Below are positions 61,590-64,000 of a DNA stretch of 64,000 nucleotides, piece by piece (within the stretch, counting starts at the first letter, position 1; every line of letters begins with the position of its first letter). Source of the DNA: Candidatus Obscuribacterales bacterium (lineage in GTDB: Bacteria > Cyanobacteriota > Vampirovibrionia > Obscuribacterales > Obscuribacteraceae); assembly GCA_965228855.1 (NCBI GenBank), contig CBDDIJ010000005.1:128001-192000 (forward strand), read 5' to 3'. Made by a program: the position numbers and the translations under genes. Below the pieces are notes generated by a model. The model saw nothing but the letters and a program-made list of their open reading frames with translations, searched no databases and was not told the origin of the DNA.

Positions 61590-62869
61590 TGAAAAGAAGC
61601 CTGGAGCGCAAACTCGCCATCTATAACACTGCCGTTTTTGCGGCAGTTCTAATCGCGTTTTCTTCGGTTCTATATCTGGTTGTTCGCGAAGGGTTTTATA
61701 ACGATGTTCGCTCACACTTGCAGAGAATGACAGATGGCGTGGTCTCATCTATTGATTACGATAGAGAAGATCACGAGGAGCCGCTGCCGGATCTGATTGT
61801 GAGTCAGCTGCCGGCGTCAGCCTCCGAATCGCTGGCTGACATGCGTTTACAATGGTTCGATAAAAACCAGAAGCTGAGGATTGAAAAGGGCGCGTTGTCT
61901 GTTTCGATGCCGCTGATTGTCGCTGGCGGTTTTCAAACGCAAGATAACCCCCGCGCAATGCTATTTACTAAAGCCGTTAATGTTAACGGTAATTTGTTGG
62001 GATATGCGCGAGTCGCGCAACCGCTCAGCGAGCTCGAAAGGGCAATGAACCATCTCCAATTCGGACTAACGATATCAGTCGTGTTCGCGAGCCTACTGAG
62101 CGGACTGGGTATCACATTCTTGACGAGCAAATCACTTCAGCCCGTTTATCAAAGTATTGAAACACTAAAACAATTTACGGCCGACGCTTCGCATGAGTTG
62201 AAAACTCCGGTGACGGCAATCAGCGCAAACAGCGGCGTAGCGTTAAAGTACGATGAAGGAATGCGGCAGTCGGACCGTGAAAAATTCGAAATGATTTCGA
62301 GCGCAAGCTCGCAGATGAATCACCTCGTTAGTGCCTTGCTACAGCTCAGCCGATTGGACAACACACTTACTGAACACCGAACAGCACCACAAGACGTGGG
62401 GAAACTTCTGCGAGAAGTTTGCGATTTAACTCGATGGCTAGCGAAAGAAAGAGATATTCAGGTTGTTAGTAAAATTGCTGAGAATTTATACGTAGAATCA
62501 GAAGAGGACGAGCTTAGACAGGTCTTTCAAAACCTTGTGGAAAACGCATTGCGATATACGCCAAGTGGTGGAAGAGTTGAGATTTCGGCTGAGCGTAAAA
62601 ATAGCGTTATCGAGGTTTCAGTCAGCGATACCGGAATTGGTATCAGTCAGAATGATTTGCAGAAGGTTTTCGAGCGATTCTGGCGCGCTGATAAAGCTCG
62701 CTCGAGGCAGCATGGCGGCAGCGGTTTGGGTCTATCAATCACTCAGGCGATCGTGACAAGACTTGGTGGGAGTATAGACGTACAGAGCAAAGTCGATATA
62801 GGATCGACATTCACAGTCAGATTACGAGCAGTCTCAATCAAGACTGCAAGCGGCGTTCCAGTTGCTTAG
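61589..62869 (+). CDS. Sensor histidine kinase, translationally coupled to the response regulator
   Basis: Two TMs, FTADASHELKTP, NLVENALRYT, DTGIGI, GSGLGL; TAATG stop/start overlap. Confidence 0.94.
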   Translation: MKRSLERKLAIYNTAVFAAVLIAFSSVLYLVVREGFYNDVRSHLQRMTDGVVSSIDYDREDHEEPLPDLIVSQLPASASESLADMRLQWFDKNQKLRIEKGALSVSMPLIVAGGFQTQDNPRAMLFTKAVNVNGNLLGYARVAQPLSELERAMNHLQFGLTISVVFASLLSGLGITFLTSKSLQPVYQSIETLKQFTADASHELKTPVTAISANSGVALKYDEGMRQSDREKFEMISSASSQMNHLVSALLQLSRLDNTLTEHRTAPQDVGKLLREVCDLTRWLAKERDIQVVSKIAENLYVESEEDELRQVFQNLVENALRYTPSGGRVEISAERKNSVIEVSVSDTGIGISQNDLQKVFERFWRADKARSRQHGGSGLGLSITQAIVTRLGGSIDVQSKVDIGSTFTVRLRAVSIKTASGVPVA

Positions 62870-62879
62870 CACGAATCGG

Positions 62880-62916
62880 ATTTCTCTACCGAATCTCTAC
62901 CAGCAAGGACTAATAT
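62880..62916 (+). promoter_or_regulatory. 11-bp-period direct repeat (OmpR-type box) plus -10 element upstream of the ArnT-like gene
   Basis: ATTTCTCTACC GAATCTCTACC, then TAATAT 9 nt downstream. Confidence 0.5.
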
Positions 62917-62954
62917 TGCAAGTGGCGTTCCCCGTATGAGCGAAACTGGCAACC

Positions 62955-64000
62955 ATGAATTTCTGTTCGAGCCTCTCCGATGAGCCTGACTGTAAAACTC
63001 TCTGGAAGATATTCGTCCTAGCATGCTTAATGTTTTTCCCAGCATTAGGCTCCGCCGGTCTGGTTAATACCAGCGATGCGTATTACTCTGAAGCCGCCCG
63101 CGAGATGCTGAATCGGGGGGACTTCATAACTCCATATTTGAACTTTACGCCGTTTTACGACAAACCAATATTGACCTATTGGTTGATTATCGCATCGTAC
63201 CTGAGCTTCGGCGTCAACACTTTCGCCGCGCGATTACCCTCCGCTCTATGCGCAATCGCAACCGCTCTTGTAGTCTATTCGCTAAGCAGAAGATTCGTTA
63301 GCCGCCGAGCCGCATTCTTAGCGGCGCTCGCATTGGTCGCGATGCCACTGTTCGTCATCGTCGGGCACGTCGCTCTGACGGACATGCCGTTGACCTTGCT
63401 CACAACCGTAACCAACCTGCTCTTGCTCGCCTCGCTGATCAAGGGCAGTTCAAAGTGCCTGATTCCGGCATACGTGTCGTTAGGTCTGGCGCTGCTATGT
63501 AAGGGACCACTGGCGATAGTGGTTGTGGGAACTTGCGTAGGAGGTTTTCTTCTCTGCACCAGCCGCACACCCGAACACTTTTATAAGAGATTCTTATCTC
63601 TCAAACCGCTGGTCGCTATCGCGGTACTACTGGCAGTGGCGCTGCCGTGGTTCGTCGCGGAACACATTGCTTCTCATGGAGAATTTACTACCTACTTTTT
63701 TATCAAACAAAACTTCGGACGACTGATGGGACAGTTGCCTTCACACCTGTACCCGGTCTGGTTCTACACCCCCTTTCTGCTTGGCGGATTTGTTCCCTCA
63801 CTCCCGCTGCTCGTGGGAGCTCCGATTGTCTTTCGCTTTAGAAAGAACCGCAGATTTTCGGAGAGCCCGCGAGTTCAACTAGTCATCGCAGCTTCTTGTT
63901 GGTTCGTCGGAACGCTTGTTCTACTGACGATATCATCATCAAAACTTCCTACTTACCTTCTTCCGCTGGCACCACCGATCGCCATCCTCGCAGGAATTTA
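62955..64000 (+). CDS. ArnT/PMT-family (GT83-like) glycosyltransferase; runs off the right edge
   Basis: Not in the ORF track. Manual translation gives DAYYSEAAREMLNRGDFITPYLNF..FYDKPILTYW, FGVNTFAARLPSA, ALTDMPL, LCKGP, PWF and SKLPTYLLP. Confidence 0.9.
   Translation, partial: MNFCSSLSDEPDCKTLWKIFVLACLMFFPALGSAGLVNTSDAYYSEAAREMLNRGDFITPYLNFTPFYDKPILTYWLIIASYLSFGVNTFAARLPSALCAIATALVVYSLSRRFVSRRAAFLAALALVAMPLFVIVGHVALTDMPLTLLTTVTNLLLLASLIKGSSKCLIPAYVSLGLALLCKGPLAIVVVGTCVGGFLLCTSRTPEHFYKRFLSLKPLVAIAVLLAVALPWFVAEHIASHGEFTTYFFIKQNFGRLMGQLPSHLYPVWFYTPFLLGGFVPSLPLLVGAPIVFRFRKNRRFSESPRVQLVIAASCWFVGTLVLLTISSSKLPTYLLPLAPPIAILAGI

Noticed and set aside
62922..62939. UGA read-through (selenoprotein) extending the ArnT N-terminus
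   Set aside because: The in-frame TGA lies upstream of a good ATG at 62955 and there is no Cys-homologous context. I identified no selenoprotein gene in the window.

Overview
This window looks like core chromosome, with accessory genes, from a non-photosynthetic relative of Cyanobacteria (probably Vampirovibrionia/Melainabacteria, Obscuribacterales-like). That placement is an inference from the split rpoC1/rpoC2 with a very large trigger-loop SI3 insertion, the lack of photosynthesis genes here, and the many TPR, Ser/Thr kinase and two-component genes. From left to right it holds: a truncated SPFH/stomatin gene, a membrane VIT/vWA protein, a divergent His-rich/DUF6745-like pair, exported TPR and TPR-vWA proteins, the rpoB-rpoC1-rpoC2 operon (minus strand), tRNA-Sec, a XerC/D recombinase, PBP1A, nupC-cstA, repeat-rich orphan proteins, several two-component modules, a PhyH dioxygenase, an esterase, a kinase operon, polX-ligC, a TPR/retropepsin protein, an RND efflux pair with an OmpR-family system, and a truncated ArnT-family glycosyltransferase. 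I found no CRISPR array, IS element or prophage. The best leads are: (1) an unnamed beta-rich domain present four times in two unrelated proteins; (2) a roughly 200-aa Gly-rich/acidic tail on RpoB; (3) a polymerase-degenerate PolX-PHP paired with LigC; (4) an orphan, atypical tRNA-Sec; (5) CstA ending in the RCC motif normally carried by its separate YbdD/YjiX partner; (6) a dif-like site over the xer promoter; (7) a candidate rod-shaped ncRNA. All family calls come from reading motifs by eye; no searches were run.
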